A DNA stretch of 64,000 bases from a virus. The position numbers were made by a program, and so were the translations under genes. The stretch lies in the IMG/VR virus record IMGVR_UViG_3300032050_000010, one strand, 5' to 3'. This document shows positions 30,532 to 41,169 of this stretch, in pieces (position 1 is the stretch's first letter; the number at the start of each line of letters is the position of its first letter). The notes under the pieces are model-generated. The model worked only from the letters and a program-made list of their open reading frames with translations. It had not been told where the DNA came from and searched no databases.

Positions 30532-32123
30532 ACACGAGCAACAAGTCAAGACAAGTATCTGAGATTATACGCTGTGGCAAAGATCCGGCGTATTTTTTCA
30601 ATAACTACGTAAAGATCCAGCATCCAACTAAGGGAACGATCCCATTTAAGACGTTCCCATTTCAAGATGACTGCGTCAATGACTTCATAGAAAATCGATT
30701 TACAGTCATTGTCAAGAGCAGGCAGCTTGGCTTGTCAACTCTTGTTGCTGCATATTCTGTTTGGCTTGCGCTCTTCCAGAAAGACAAGAATATCCTCATC
30801 ATCGCAACTAAGCTGGGTGTTGCCCAGAACTTCATTAAGAAAGTGAAGACAATGGTGAGTAACCTTCCGCCGTGGATGGTGCTCCCGCAGATCACTCTCA
30901 ACAACCGGCAGATGATCGAATTTAGTCATGGATCTTCGATCAAGGCTGTTCCCACATCAGAAGACGCAGGTCGTTCTGAGTCGTTGTCGCTGCTGATCAT
31001 CGACGAGGCAGCATTCGTTAGAAACTTTGATGAGCTATGGACAGGCTTATATCCAACGATCTCAACTGGTGGTCGTGCTATTGTGCTTTCAACACCTAAC
31101 GGTGTGGGTGGACAATACTACAAGCTTTTCACTGAGGCTGAGTCGGGCTTAAACGAATTTAAGGCCATCAGGCTGAACTGGGACGTTCATCCTGAACGTG
31201 ATCAGGCGTGGTTCGAGAAAGAGACAAGAAATCTATCCGCTAAAGAGATCGCTCAGGAGTACTTGTGTGACTTCGCTGCGTCAGGTGAGACGTTCCTCAA
31301 TGACGACGACATCAAGTGGATTAGCAAGATTATACGACCTCCAATTGATCGCGGCGGGCCAGATAGAAATGTCTGGATCTGGAAACACGCGCTGTCAGAG
31401 CACAAGTACATCGTCTCTGCTGACGTTGCAAGAGGCGATGGGAAAGATTACTCAACTTTTCACGTCATCGATTGCACTGAAGGTGAAGTAGTCGCTGAGT
31501 ACAAGGGTAAGATTGCACCAGATAAGTTTGGTGAACTCTTAAATGAGTATGGTTTGCTGTACAATAAGGCGCTAATGTGCCCTGAGAATAACTCATTTGG
31601 ATATGCAACCATAGTCAAGCTTAAAGATCTAGGCTACCCAAAGATGTACTATAACAAGAACAAGTCTGTCTACATCGGCGACTATGTTCCACCTGCTGAG
31701 ACAGAGCTGGCAGGTTTTACAACGAGCGGCAAGTCAAGAAACCAGATCCTCACAAAGCTCGAAGAGGTCATCAGAAACAAACAGCTTCTAATATACTCGT
31801 CTCGTTTCTATGAAGAGTTGAAGACATTTGTCTGGAATGAGAACAAAGCACAGGCAATGAAGGGAGAGAACGACGATCTTATTCTCTCGCTCGCCATCGG
31901 AACTTGGCTCTATGATGCATCAAATGACTATGGTAAGGACTCAGATAAGTTAAACAATGCAATGCTTGCCGCGATGGGTTTTAAGAACAAGCAATTTAAT
32001 GGTGCCTCAAACGACGTAATATCAAACAAACACCAACAAGAGACAAACCGAGATCGCGTGCTGCGCGGACACTCGCGGCCGATGGGGATACCTCCTGAGT
32101 TCGCGTGGGTGTATAAGAACTAG
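30528..32123 (+). CDS. Terminase large subunit (T4 gp17-like)
   Basis: KSRQLGLST, LLIIDEAAF, LSTPNG, QEYLCDF, ADVARGDGKDYS, ENNSFG, NDDLILS. Confidence 0.95.
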   Translation: MNTSNKSRQVSEIIRCGKDPAYFFNNYVKIQHPTKGTIPFKTFPFQDDCVNDFIENRFTVIVKSRQLGLSTLVAAYSVWLALFQKDKNILIIATKLGVAQNFIKKVKTMVSNLPPWMVLPQITLNNRQMIEFSHGSSIKAVPTSEDAGRSESLSLLIIDEAAFVRNFDELWTGLYPTISTGGRAIVLSTPNGVGGQYYKLFTEAESGLNEFKAIRLNWDVHPERDQAWFEKETRNLSAKEIAQEYLCDFAASGETFLNDDDIKWISKIIRPPIDRGGPDRNVWIWKHALSEHKYIVSADVARGDGKDYSTFHVIDCTEGEVVAEYKGKIAPDKFGELLNEYGLLYNKALMCPENNSFGYATIVKLKDLGYPKMYYNKNKSVYIGDYVPPAETELAGFTTSGKSRNQILTKLEEVIRNKQLLIYSSRFYEELKTFVWNENKAQAMKGENDDLILSLAIGTWLYDASNDYGKDSDKLNNAMLAAMGFKNKQFNGASNDVISNKHQQETNRDRVLRGHSRPMGIPPEFAWVYKN

Positions 32124-32131
32124 GAGAATAA

Positions 32132-34177
32132 ATGGCGCAAGATAGTAACCTCTTTAATAGGCTCACTAAGCTCTTCAGGAGCGGCCCAGTCATTAAGAGA
32201 AGAGTGAGAGAAGTCACTCCTTCAACAAAGTCAACCTCAGCATTTGAGCAGTTTAGAAAAGCTCAGAGCTACGTCTACAGCTCAGCGATGAGTGCATACG
32301 GTTCTTATGACCGTATGGCAAGGTACTCTGACTTCCAAGAGATGGAGTACACACCAGAGATTGCATCGGCACTTGACATCTACTCTGAGGAGACAATCTC
32401 ACCCGATGAGAAGGGCAATGTCCTCCACATCCACTCAGAAAATCCTGTCGTCCACAAGCTGCTTAATGAGCTCTTCTACGACACGCTCAATGTCAACTTC
32501 AACTTGACAGCTTGGGCACGCAACATGTGCAAGTACGGTGACTTCTTCCTCTTCAACGACGTTTCACCTGATCAAGGTGTCATCAACGTCTACCCAATTC
32601 CAGTCAATGAGATTGAGCGCGAAGAAGGGTATGATAAGGACGACCCAATGGCCGTGCGCTTCCGATGGTTGACGCAGGGAAATCAAGTTCTTGAGAACTG
32701 GCAGGTGTCACACTTTAGAATTCTAGGTAATGATGCATTCTTGCCTTACGGCTCATCAGTTCTTGAAGCAGCACGTCGTATCTGGCGTCAGCTGATCCTC
32801 GTCGAGGACGCGATGCTTGTCTACCGCGTTGTCCGTGCACCAGATCGTCGCGTATTCTACATTGACGTGGGTAACGTACCACCTGAAGACATCGCAAATT
32901 ACATGGAGCAGGCTCAAGCACAGCTCAAGAAGAGCCAAGTTGTTGATAAGCAGACAGGACGCGTCGACCTGAGATACAATCCACTGTCAGTAGACGAGGA
33001 TTACTTCATTCCTGTGCGCGGCGGTCAATCGGGCACAAAGATTGAGCCACTCGCTGGTGGCGCAAATGCAGCAGCAATTGAGGACGTGCAGTACATCCAG
33101 AAGAAGATGTTCGCTGCGTTGAAGATCCCAAAGGCCTATCTCGGCTACGATGAAGGCTTGGGTGCAAAGGCGACACTGTCACAGGAAGACATCAGGTTTT
33201 CTCGCACAATTGCTCGCATCCAGCGCACAATCGTGTCCGAGCTCAATAAGATCGCCATCATCCACTTGCATTCCAACGGATTTGACGGACCTGACCTCCT
33301 TGACTTTGACCTTAAGCTGACAAATCCTTCAACGATTGCACAGCAGCAGAAGCTTGAGCTCTACAACACCAAGTTCCAGATTGCAGGATCTGCCAACGGC
33401 ATTCCTAACCTTGTCGACAAGCGCTGGGTTCGTAAGAAGATCTTCCAGATGACTGATGAAGAGATTGACGCCATTGAGAAGGGTATCATCAAGGACAAGG
33501 AGATGGAGCTCAAGGTCGAAGCAGTCAAGCTGCCTGAAGACAAATCTACAGCTCCTGACATGTCATCAATGGCTGCAGGTATTCCAACAAGCCCATTCGC
33601 ATCTGAGCCTGAAGCGCCTGCTGCAGAGCCAACGCCACCCGCCGGTGGTGAGACACCTCCAGCAGCACCTACAGCGCCTGGTCCTGAGACGGCTTCTTCA
33701 AATACAAACAAGCGCGGCTTAGGAATTCTAGCAGAGCCAGATTTTGACCTGTCTAACTTGTCAATCAACGATGAAAGTGCTCCCATCAAGGCGCAGAACA
33801 CAGTTGACGCGATAGGACGCAAGCTGCTCGGTGAGAGGATCGAGGGAAAGACAAAGGCAGATCGTGATCGCTACAATGCAAAGAGGAAGCGCCGCGGCCA
33901 CCTGCACAACATGTCTGATCACAATGCAATGGTCAGTCACGACAAGAGTGATCAAACTGACTCGATTGCACACCCATTTGGTGCAAAGAACGATCTAATC
34001 AATCCATTTAAGGATGTTCTTAAGGAGATTGATGACGACGTCGACCCAGATGATGACTACACCTTCAACGATACAAGAATGTCAGAGATACACAGTGTTT
34101 TAGGTTCAATGCGACGTAAGAATATATTTAATAGGCAGATCTCTGCGTCTAGCAATACGACAGAGGAGGACGAATGA
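32132..34177 (+). CDS. Portal protein (T4 gp20-like) with long low-complexity C-terminal extension
   Basis: EDAMLVYRVVRAPDRRVFYIDVGNVP, EDYFIPVRG, ALKIPKAYL, EDIRFSRTI. Confidence 0.95.
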   Translation: MAQDSNLFNRLTKLFRSGPVIKRRVREVTPSTKSTSAFEQFRKAQSYVYSSAMSAYGSYDRMARYSDFQEMEYTPEIASALDIYSEETISPDEKGNVLHIHSENPVVHKLLNELFYDTLNVNFNLTAWARNMCKYGDFFLFNDVSPDQGVINVYPIPVNEIEREEGYDKDDPMAVRFRWLTQGNQVLENWQVSHFRILGNDAFLPYGSSVLEAARRIWRQLILVEDAMLVYRVVRAPDRRVFYIDVGNVPPEDIANYMEQAQAQLKKSQVVDKQTGRVDLRYNPLSVDEDYFIPVRGGQSGTKIEPLAGGANAAAIEDVQYIQKKMFAALKIPKAYLGYDEGLGAKATLSQEDIRFSRTIARIQRTIVSELNKIAIIHLHSNGFDGPDLLDFDLKLTNPSTIAQQQKLELYNTKFQIAGSANGIPNLVDKRWVRKKIFQMTDEEIDAIEKGIIKDKEMELKVEAVKLPEDKSTAPDMSSMAAGIPTSPFASEPEAPAAEPTPPAGGETPPAAPTAPGPETASSNTNKRGLGILAEPDFDLSNLSINDESAPIKAQNTVDAIGRKLLGERIEGKTKADRDRYNAKRKRRGHLHNMSDHNAMVSHDKSDQTDSIAHPFGAKNDLINPFKDVLKEIDDDVDPDDDYTFNDTRMSEIHSVLGSMRRKNIFNRQISASSNTTEEDE

Positions 34178-35037
34178 ACATCCAGCACAACAAGAAGCGA
34201 AATGTCGGTATCATCTATGAGCTGCTACTGCGCTCAGTATCAGCAGCAATAGTTGAGAACGATAAGACGAGAGCACAAAGAGCTCTTGACATCATTGAGA
34301 AGTACTATGATAAGTCAACTGAGCTCTACAAGGAATACAGGCTCTTCAACGCGCTTGTCAAGTCAACTGTGAGTGACACACCTGTAGCTGCTGCCGTCCT
34401 TGCTGAAGCCAAATCAGCAGCTCGCAGAGCAGATATGCGCAAACTTGATCACGAGAAGTCGCTCCTGATCAGAGAGATCAATCACAACTTAAGAGATGAC
34501 GATTTTTATCAAAGAAGAATACCTGACTATCGTTTCTACGCAACTGTGCAAAATCTCCTGAACGAGTGGTGCGCAGGTGATCGCTCTGATCTAACGAAGA
34601 TGGTGATGCTCGAGGGACAAGTTGTCCACTGGCTTCTCGCTGAGAAGAAAGAGCTTCCTGTTGATCTCGATGCACCTACACCTGAAGTTGATAATCTTGT
34701 CGTCAAGCTCATGAACGAGAAGTTCAATGAGAAATATGCAGGCAAGCTCAATGTGGATCAGACAAAGCTGATCCAAGATTACATCTTCAGCATTGAGAAC
34801 GGTCAGGAGGAGAAGTTCCTTGGTCGTCTCAATTCTCTCAGAGAGACAGCACTCACTAGAGTGCGCCAGCTAAAGACAGCAACTAAAAATCAAACTCTGC
34901 AAGAGAGGATACCCCTTGTGGAGACAGCTTTACGCAACTTAAATTTCACATCACTCAATGATGAGACAATCTCACGCTTTATGACAGTGTCTCAATTAGT
35001 GACAGAACTGAGCGAGGAGGAAGACGATGGCCAGTGA
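34174..35037 (+). CDS. Conserved head-region hypothetical protein
   Basis: 287 aa between portal and protease; HNKKRNVGIIYELL. Confidence 0.65.
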   Translation: MNIQHNKKRNVGIIYELLLRSVSAAIVENDKTRAQRALDIIEKYYDKSTELYKEYRLFNALVKSTVSDTPVAAAVLAEAKSAARRADMRKLDHEKSLLIREINHNLRDDDFYQRRIPDYRFYATVQNLLNEWCAGDRSDLTKMVMLEGQVVHWLLAEKKELPVDLDAPTPEVDNLVVKLMNEKFNEKYAGKLNVDQTKLIQDYIFSIENGQEEKFLGRLNSLRETALTRVRQLKTATKNQTLQERIPLVETALRNLNFTSLNDETISRFMTVSQLVTELSEEEDDGQ

Positions 35038-35638
35038 TAACATGGTTCTTTTAAAGGAGTGGTTGCCACTTAAGTACTCACCCGATATTGTTCGTGAGTC
35101 AAAGCAGCTTAACGGTGGCAAAGTAATGCTCCGCGGTGTTATCCAGCGTGCTGATACACTGAACCAGAACGGTCGTATTTATCCACGCGCCATCCTTGAG
35201 CGTGAGATTGATAACTACCAGAAGTTCATTCGTGAGAATAGAGCGCTGGGTGAGTGCGATCATCCTGACACGTCTGTCGTAGAATTGAAGAATGTGTCAC
35301 ACATTGTGCGCGAAGCCAAGATGGACGGCGACACTGTGACGGGAGTCGTGGAGCTACTTGACACACCTAGCGGTAAGATCCTCCAGAGCCTCGTTGAGGC
35401 AGGCATCACACTGGGCATATCATCTAGAGGTGTTGGATCAACACGTAATCAAAGCGGAGCTGTTGTAGTTCAAGATGACTTCCAGCTGATCTGCTTCGAC
35501 ATCGTCTCAGAGCCTTCAACACCGGGCGCATTCATGATGAATGAGAGCAAGGTGATATCAGGCAGAGAGTTGAAGAAAACTTTTACGAAATCCGACAGAG
35601 TTAATAGGATCTTCACAGACATCTTAGCATGGAAGTAG
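35027..35638 (+). CDS. Prohead core protease (T4 gp21-like)
   Basis: GVIQRADTLNQNGRIYP, ALGECDHP, VSH, GISSRGVGS, FDIVSEPSTPGA. Confidence 0.93.
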   Translation: MASDNMVLLKEWLPLKYSPDIVRESKQLNGGKVMLRGVIQRADTLNQNGRIYPRAILEREIDNYQKFIRENRALGECDHPDTSVVELKNVSHIVREAKMDGDTVTGVVELLDTPSGKILQSLVEAGITLGISSRGVGSTRNQSGAVVVQDDFQLICFDIVSEPSTPGAFMMNESKVISGRELKKTFTKSDRVNRIFTDILAWK

Positions 35639-35639
35639 T

Positions 35640-36164
35640 ATGAAGTTATCCAAAGAAGATCTGAAGGGCATCGTAAAGGAGTGTCTCGTAGAGATACTAA
35701 GTGAGGGCCTCGGTGGCGGTGGTAGCCTTGTTGAAAGTCGCCAAGTTCAACGTCAAGCGCCAGCTGCTCAAGCACCTGCACGCAATTTAAGCGGCAGAGC
35801 AGGAGCAGCACCGCAGCAACAACCGCGGCAGTCTGTCTATGACAAGCTTGCATTTGCACCCACACGTGATCAAGTGCAGAGAGCTGCGCCCGCTGCCAAG
35901 AAGATCAATCCACTCAGCATGGTCAAAGACATTACGTCTGATCCCATCATGGCGGGCATCCTGGCAGAAACTGCTTCGTCAGGTCAGCACATGCATATGG
36001 GCGAGAGTAATAATAGAAACGCACAACCTTCACATGAAGAGCAAGTGATGTCAGCAGGTGATGCTGCAGCAAGAAAGATGATGATGTCAGATCCTACTGA
36101 CTTGTTCGGTGAGAGTGCATCAATGTGGTCAGCATTGGCATTCTCAGAGAAAATAAGAAAGTAG
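35640..36164 (+). CDS. Hypothetical head-associated protein
   Basis: 174 aa; MKLSKEDLKGIVKECLVEILSEG. Confidence 0.65.
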   Translation: MKLSKEDLKGIVKECLVEILSEGLGGGGSLVESRQVQRQAPAAQAPARNLSGRAGAAPQQQPRQSVYDKLAFAPTRDQVQRAAPAAKKINPLSMVKDITSDPIMAGILAETASSGQHMHMGESNNRNAQPSHEEQVMSAGDAAARKMMMSDPTDLFGESASMWSALAFSEKIRK

Positions 36165-36214
36165 TAAATTTGCAAAGTTCGTGATAATTAATTTATGTTC
36201 CACAGGAGTTTACA

Positions 36215-36505
36215 ATGAAGAAGCTTACACCCCAGATGCTTAGAAGAATGGTCCTCGAGGAGAAGAAGAAGGTCGAGGCTGCTCACGCTAAGGAGAATGC
36301 AAAGGCCCGCAAGGCCTACCACCTCGATGAGGAAGAAGTGCAGTGGTCAGCAAAGAAGCCCCCACACGCCGAGGAGATAGGCCCACAGGACGATATGCAC
36401 GCCGCTAAGATGCTCAAGGAGGAGGAGATGCGTCTCCGCCGCCGCCTCCAGGCAATCATGGAGCGTCGTCTTGCTCTCAAGCGTCGTATCATGGAGAGCC
36501 TCTAA
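36215..36505 (+). CDS. Small charged hypothetical head-associated protein
   Basis: 96 aa; SD AGGAG; strongly biased codons; MKKLTPQMLRRMVLEE. Confidence 0.65.
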   Translation: MKKLTPQMLRRMVLEEKKKVEAAHAKENAKARKAYHLDEEEVQWSAKKPPHAEEIGPQDDMHAAKMLKEEEMRLRRRLQAIMERRLALKRRIMESL

Positions 36506-36548
36506 TCTCTCTGTTCAGTTTGTGATCTACTAAGGAGGGAGAGACAAG

Positions 36549-37130
36549 ATGGCAGTTAACTATACAACAGTTGTGTCGCCAGATGATGGCGCAAAGACAG
36601 GTGGCCTTGGAAATCGTAACCAGGTCAACCTGAAGTCGTGCTTTCCCTCTTCACCCATCTACAGCAATGTGTACACACCCACTGCTGCTGAGAATGCAGG
36701 TATCTCTGCATTGAATGGCAACGGTGGGCCCGGTGATAGCATACCCAGCATCGGTATTGCTGACGGTGTGCTTGATGACGGTGGGTACATGTTCAACCAG
36801 GTTGACTTGCGTTTTGCTGGCCGTAGATCATCAGGTGTAGATGATGCTTACGCTGCTCCTAATCTCTCTGAGGTTGTGACAGGCGGCGAAGGCCTCCCAG
36901 CATCACCTTACATTCCCAATCTTACGTCGCCTGGCGAAGGTAACGGGACCGATCCGTTTGCACAGCCAGAGTTCACAGGCGATCTACCTTACGGTGGTGA
37001 TCCTGGACAGGCAGCAGCAACCCAGTTCGGTCGTGGTGAAGGTGTAGCAGCCAATCCTGTGACTGCTACAGCAGAAGTTGCACGAGCCACAATCGGCAAG
37101 TTCATGCTGGGAACTTCTAAGATTACTTGA
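36549..37130 (+). CDS. Gly/Pro-rich hypothetical protein
   Basis: 193 aa, strong SD (AAGGAGG). Confidence 0.6.
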   Translation: MAVNYTTVVSPDDGAKTGGLGNRNQVNLKSCFPSSPIYSNVYTPTAAENAGISALNGNGGPGDSIPSIGIADGVLDDGGYMFNQVDLRFAGRRSSGVDDAYAAPNLSEVVTGGEGLPASPYIPNLTSPGEGNGTDPFAQPEFTGDLPYGGDPGQAAATQFGRGEGVAANPVTATAEVARATIGKFMLGTSKIT

Positions 37131-37132
37131 GC

Positions 37133-37693
37133 ATGAGAGACGCACCTCCGACTACACATCGCTTTTGGTTTAAAGGCGATGCAAATGCAGGTGCAGGATA
37201 CGGTACACTAAAGAAAAAGTTCTCCGGTGGCGATTATACCACTGTGGGAACTTTTCCTTATATCGAAGACGATGACACTTTTGAAGATGAAGATCTTGAC
37301 GATCTAATGCACACGCAAGATTTCATCAACAAGACAGGCTATACAGGCGTTGCTAAGCCTAGAGCACACATTAGAAAGGATAACGCATCTTTCACAAAGA
37401 TGCGGTGGAGCACGCCGCTTGAAGAAGCGTCGATCATGAAAGGTATCACACCCTTTCCTGCGTCAATGCTCTACAAGAACTTCACAGGTCCTGCCGTGGG
37501 TGGTGCATCTACCAATCAATCTTTTACAAATGCTCCTGGGCGACTTATAGGTAATCAGTACGGCTCAACACGCGCAAGCCCGCTTGCTGATGACGAACTT
37601 ATCACAATCGACAGATTAAATGATCTTATGGATCCAGACACTCGCAATCTTGTTAAGCAGCGCTTAAAAATAAAGATATTGCAGGATGTTTGA
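37133..37693 (+). CDS. Hypothetical protein
   Basis: Track ORF starts at TTG 37127; in-frame ATG at 37133. Confidence 0.55.
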   Translation: MRDAPPTTHRFWFKGDANAGAGYGTLKKKFSGGDYTTVGTFPYIEDDDTFEDEDLDDLMHTQDFINKTGYTGVAKPRAHIRKDNASFTKMRWSTPLEEASIMKGITPFPASMLYKNFTGPAVGGASTNQSFTNAPGRLIGNQYGSTRASPLADDELITIDRLNDLMDPDTRNLVKQRLKIKILQDV

Positions 37694-37732
37694 CAAAGAA
37701 CCTAATATGTATTGAAAGCAGGGAAACAGTTA

Positions 37733-39193
37733 ATGTCAAAGACACTATATGATGAAGCAATCGCCGATGCCAAGCGACTTCGCGAAGTTGCTGAGCTGAA
37801 TGCCAAGAATGCAATCGTAGAAGCAGTCACGCCGCGCATTAGAGAGTTCATCGACAGCCAGCTCGTAGGCGACCCAACAAAGGCCGTCACAGCTGAGAAG
37901 TTTCTTGTTGATGCTCTGAACGAAGGTGCAACGGATGACAGTGGAGAGGACGATGTCGTCCTTGACGAAGCTGCTCTTAAGTCACTTGTCTCGCTATTCA
38001 CACCTAAGCAGACGACGCAAGCAAAGGACAGCTTCCAGGAAGCATTTGACCAGCTTAGCGAAGATGAAAAGAAGAAACTTTTGAACCTGATCAGCGAAGA
38101 GAAAACTGACGCCGATCTGGACGAGAATGAAGAAGAAAGCGCGCCAGCGCAGGAGAAGAAAATGGACGAATCACTCTATGAGATTGATCTGAATGAGCTC
38201 AAGAAGGAGCTTGCTGCAGTTGCTTCTCCTGGTAAGCCCGCAGCTGGTGTTAAGCCCTCAAAGGCACCAATGCCTGCTAGAGCAGGCGGCATGAAGAAGT
38301 CACCTGCACCCGCCATGGAAGACATGTTCGAGCTTGATGAAGAGCTATACGAGATGGACATGGACAGCGACCTTGATGAGGAATATATGGACGAGCTCAA
38401 TGAGGCCAAGCTTGAGGTTGACCTCGGTGATCTCGAGCTCCCAGAAGATTTCATGCCCTCCGTTCGGGTTGTCCCCGAGGAAGAGGAAGAGGACATGCTC
38501 GCAGCTGATGACAGCGACATGGGTGACATGGTTCCCGATGCCGAAGAAGCACCTGCTGATGAGGCTCCTCCCGCTCCCGTCGCTGAGACATTCTACGTCG
38601 ACGAGAATATGCTCCGTCGTGAGCTCTTCCGCCTCCGCGAGGCTCGCAAGCAGAAGGAGGACAAGCTCCTCAACAAGAAGAGCCTCAAGAGCGCTTCACA
38701 CGTCAAGGCCGCTGCTAAGGCATTCGGCGACGGTGAGCTCGAGGAAGTTGACGAAGTTGAGATCAACGCACTCGACAACGCCAAGAAGCACAAGCTTAAG
38801 AAATTGAAAGAGGCACGCGATAATCGTGCTCTCGTAACCCAGCTCAATGAATACAGAAGCGCTGTTGAAACGCTTCGTGAGCAAATGACTGATATGAACC
38901 TCTTCAACGCAAAGCTGCTCTACGTCAACAAGATGCTGCAGTCAAAGGATTTGACACCTAAGCAACAGAAGGTCGTCATTGAGGCCATCGACGGCGCTAA
39001 GACACTACGCGAAGTGAAGATGCTCTTCAAGAGCCTGACTGAGTCACTGACTGGCGGCAATGGTGCCACACTCAATGAGACAGCAACCAGGTTCAACGCC
39101 GGGGGTTCTTCCCGCGCGACCTCATCAGCTGCCGCCCGCACAGGCGAGACAGCAGAAGTCGACCGCTGGGCGATGCTCGCCGGTCTCAAGTAA
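37733..39193 (+). CDS. Prohead core / scaffolding protein (gp22-like)
   Basis: Very acidic, coiled-coil, immediately upstream of the MCP; likely start MSKTLYDEAIADAK; NLFNAKLLY; ends RWAMLAGLK. Confidence 0.75.
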   Translation: MSKTLYDEAIADAKRLREVAELNAKNAIVEAVTPRIREFIDSQLVGDPTKAVTAEKFLVDALNEGATDDSGEDDVVLDEAALKSLVSLFTPKQTTQAKDSFQEAFDQLSEDEKKKLLNLISEEKTDADLDENEEESAPAQEKKMDESLYEIDLNELKKELAAVASPGKPAAGVKPSKAPMPARAGGMKKSPAPAMEDMFELDEELYEMDMDSDLDEEYMDELNEAKLEVDLGDLELPEDFMPSVRVVPEEEEEDMLAADDSDMGDMVPDAEEAPADEAPPAPVAETFYVDENMLRRELFRLREARKQKEDKLLNKKSLKSASHVKAAAKAFGDGELEEVDEVEINALDNAKKHKLKKLKEARDNRALVTQLNEYRSAVETLREQMTDMNLFNAKLLYVNKMLQSKDLTPKQQKVVIEAIDGAKTLREVKMLFKSLTESLTGGNGATLNETATRFNAGGSSRATSSAAARTGETAEVDRWAMLAGLK

Positions 39194-39222
39194 TTTGTTA
39201 AGTATTCAAGGAGTTTAATAAC

Positions 39223-41169
39223 ATGTCAAAGGCATTCTCCCTTAACCACCTCACCGAGGGCATTAAGGATCGCAATAACAGCCAGGAAGGCGCACGTCTC
39301 GTTGAGAAGTGGAGCCGCACCGGCCTCCTCCGTGGCCTCGAGAACACCAAGCGCGACAACATGGCTCGCCTCCTCGAGAACCAGGCAGCTCAGGTCCTCC
39401 GCGAGGTCAACAGCCTCGGCGCAGGCGGCGGCAGCACCACCTCATCCGGCGACATCCGTGGCTTTGCCAACATCGCCTTCCCCATCGTCCGTCGCGTGTT
39501 CGGCGGTCTCGTGGCCAATGAGCTCGTCTCCATCCAGCCCATGAGCCTTCCCTCCGGTCTCCTGTTCTACTTGGACTACACCTACGGCACCAACGTAGGC
39601 GGTGACACCAACCTCCAGACCGGTGCATCAACAATCGCACAGACCTACACAGCTGGTCAGTCCATCTACAACAATCCAGTTGGTAAGGGCATCCGCAGCG
39701 GATCTCTCGCAGTTGGCGGCCAGTACGACCTCGTCGGCACATCCTACTCACAGGTCCACCAGCGGAATGCAGCTGTCAAGCTCTGGGCATCGGGCGCATT
39801 CCACACTGCAGCAGGCGCCAACTCATCAACAATCGTGAATGGTCTGGCAGTCTTCGCAACTGGAACAGACGGCAAGCTCATCGGCTTCGACCCCCAGCTC
39901 ACCAATCTGATCGAGTCCAATAGCGGTGCAGGCGGTCCAGGCGCAACTGTAGGCAACGGCGTCTTCACATTCGCCGTCCTCAAGACAGATGGCTTTACCA
40001 ATCTTGACGCAACACAGATCAAGGACATCTCACTCTACTCAAACGGCGCAACTGTAACAGTTCCTAACATGGGTCTTGGCACAATCGGCGACACTGTCCA
40101 GGGCGGAGCAAACCTCCTCAACGTTCGTCGTCTCAACCAGCTCGGCACCTTCAGCGGAGGCGTCTTCACACCCAATCCTCTTGTCGATCTGGGTGCAAGC
40201 AATGCTGCAATCCTCACAGTTGTGTCTGGCGTCTTCACACCAGCTGCTTCCGTACCAACAGGCCCATTCCTCACCGCTTCATACGTCATCTCCGACGCAT
40301 TCAGTGCTGACTCCACTGATGCATCGGCTCTTACCGTTCCAGTCTTCGAGTCTGACTTCGGCCTCGGCAACGGCCCACAGCCAATCATCCCTGAGATCGA
40401 CATCAAGATCGAGTCCATCGCCGTCACAGCTACAACCCGTAAGCTGCGCGCTCGCTGGAGCCCAGAGCTCGCACAGGACCTCAACGCCTATCACTCGATG
40501 GACGCAGAGGTTGAGCTCACGCAGATCCTCTCCGAGCAGATCGCTCTCGAGATCGACCGCGAGATCCTCAATGACCTGCTCACCCAGGCCAACGGCGCCA
40601 ACTACTACTGGTCACGTGCACCAGGACGCTTCCTCAACAAGGTGACAGGCGCCGAGGTTCTCCAGGGCACCAACGCTCCCGGACCCCAGTTCACTGGTAC
40701 CGTCCGTGAGTGGTACGAGACCCTCATCGAGACCATCATCGACGTCGCAAACGAGATCCACCGCAAGACCCTCCGTGGTTCGGCCAACTTCATCGTGGTT
40801 TCACCCGATGTCGCCACCGTTCTCGAGGCTTCGGTGCTCTACAAGCCCAGCTACAGCCTCGACGGCCAGGGCCAGGTCGGCAGCGGCTTCTCGATCGGTG
40901 CAACACCCATCGGCAGCCTCAGCAACCGCTTCACAGTCTACAAGGACCCCTACTTCCCACGTAACAAGATCCTCGTCGGTTACAAGGGCGGCAGCTACCT
41001 CGAGACCGGCTACGTCTACGCTCCTTACGTCCCACTGATCGTCACTCCCACCATCTTCGCCCCCGAGGACTTCACCCCACGTAAGGGCGTGATGACTCGC
41101 TACGGCAAGAAGATGGTCCGCAGCGACTTCTACGGCACCGTAACCTGCCTCGACATGAACATCATCTGA
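39223..41169 (+). CDS. Major capsid protein (T4 gp23-like)
   Basis: LVSIQPMSLPSGLLFYLD, TRKLRARWSPELAQDLNAYH, EIDREI, GYKG, GYVYAPYVPL, FTPRKGVMTRYG. Confidence 0.96.
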   Translation: MSKAFSLNHLTEGIKDRNNSQEGARLVEKWSRTGLLRGLENTKRDNMARLLENQAAQVLREVNSLGAGGGSTTSSGDIRGFANIAFPIVRRVFGGLVANELVSIQPMSLPSGLLFYLDYTYGTNVGGDTNLQTGASTIAQTYTAGQSIYNNPVGKGIRSGSLAVGGQYDLVGTSYSQVHQRNAAVKLWASGAFHTAAGANSSTIVNGLAVFATGTDGKLIGFDPQLTNLIESNSGAGGPGATVGNGVFTFAVLKTDGFTNLDATQIKDISLYSNGATVTVPNMGLGTIGDTVQGGANLLNVRRLNQLGTFSGGVFTPNPLVDLGASNAAILTVVSGVFTPAASVPTGPFLTASYVISDAFSADSTDASALTVPVFESDFGLGNGPQPIIPEIDIKIESIAVTATTRKLRARWSPELAQDLNAYHSMDAEVELTQILSEQIALEIDREILNDLLTQANGANYYWSRAPGRFLNKVTGAEVLQGTNAPGPQFTGTVREWYETLIETIIDVANEIHRKTLRGSANFIVVSPDVATVLEASVLYKPSYSLDGQGQVGSGFSIGATPIGSLSNRFTVYKDPYFPRNKILVGYKGGSYLETGYVYAPYVPLIVTPTIFAPEDFTPRKGVMTRYGKKMVRSDFYGTVTCLDMNII

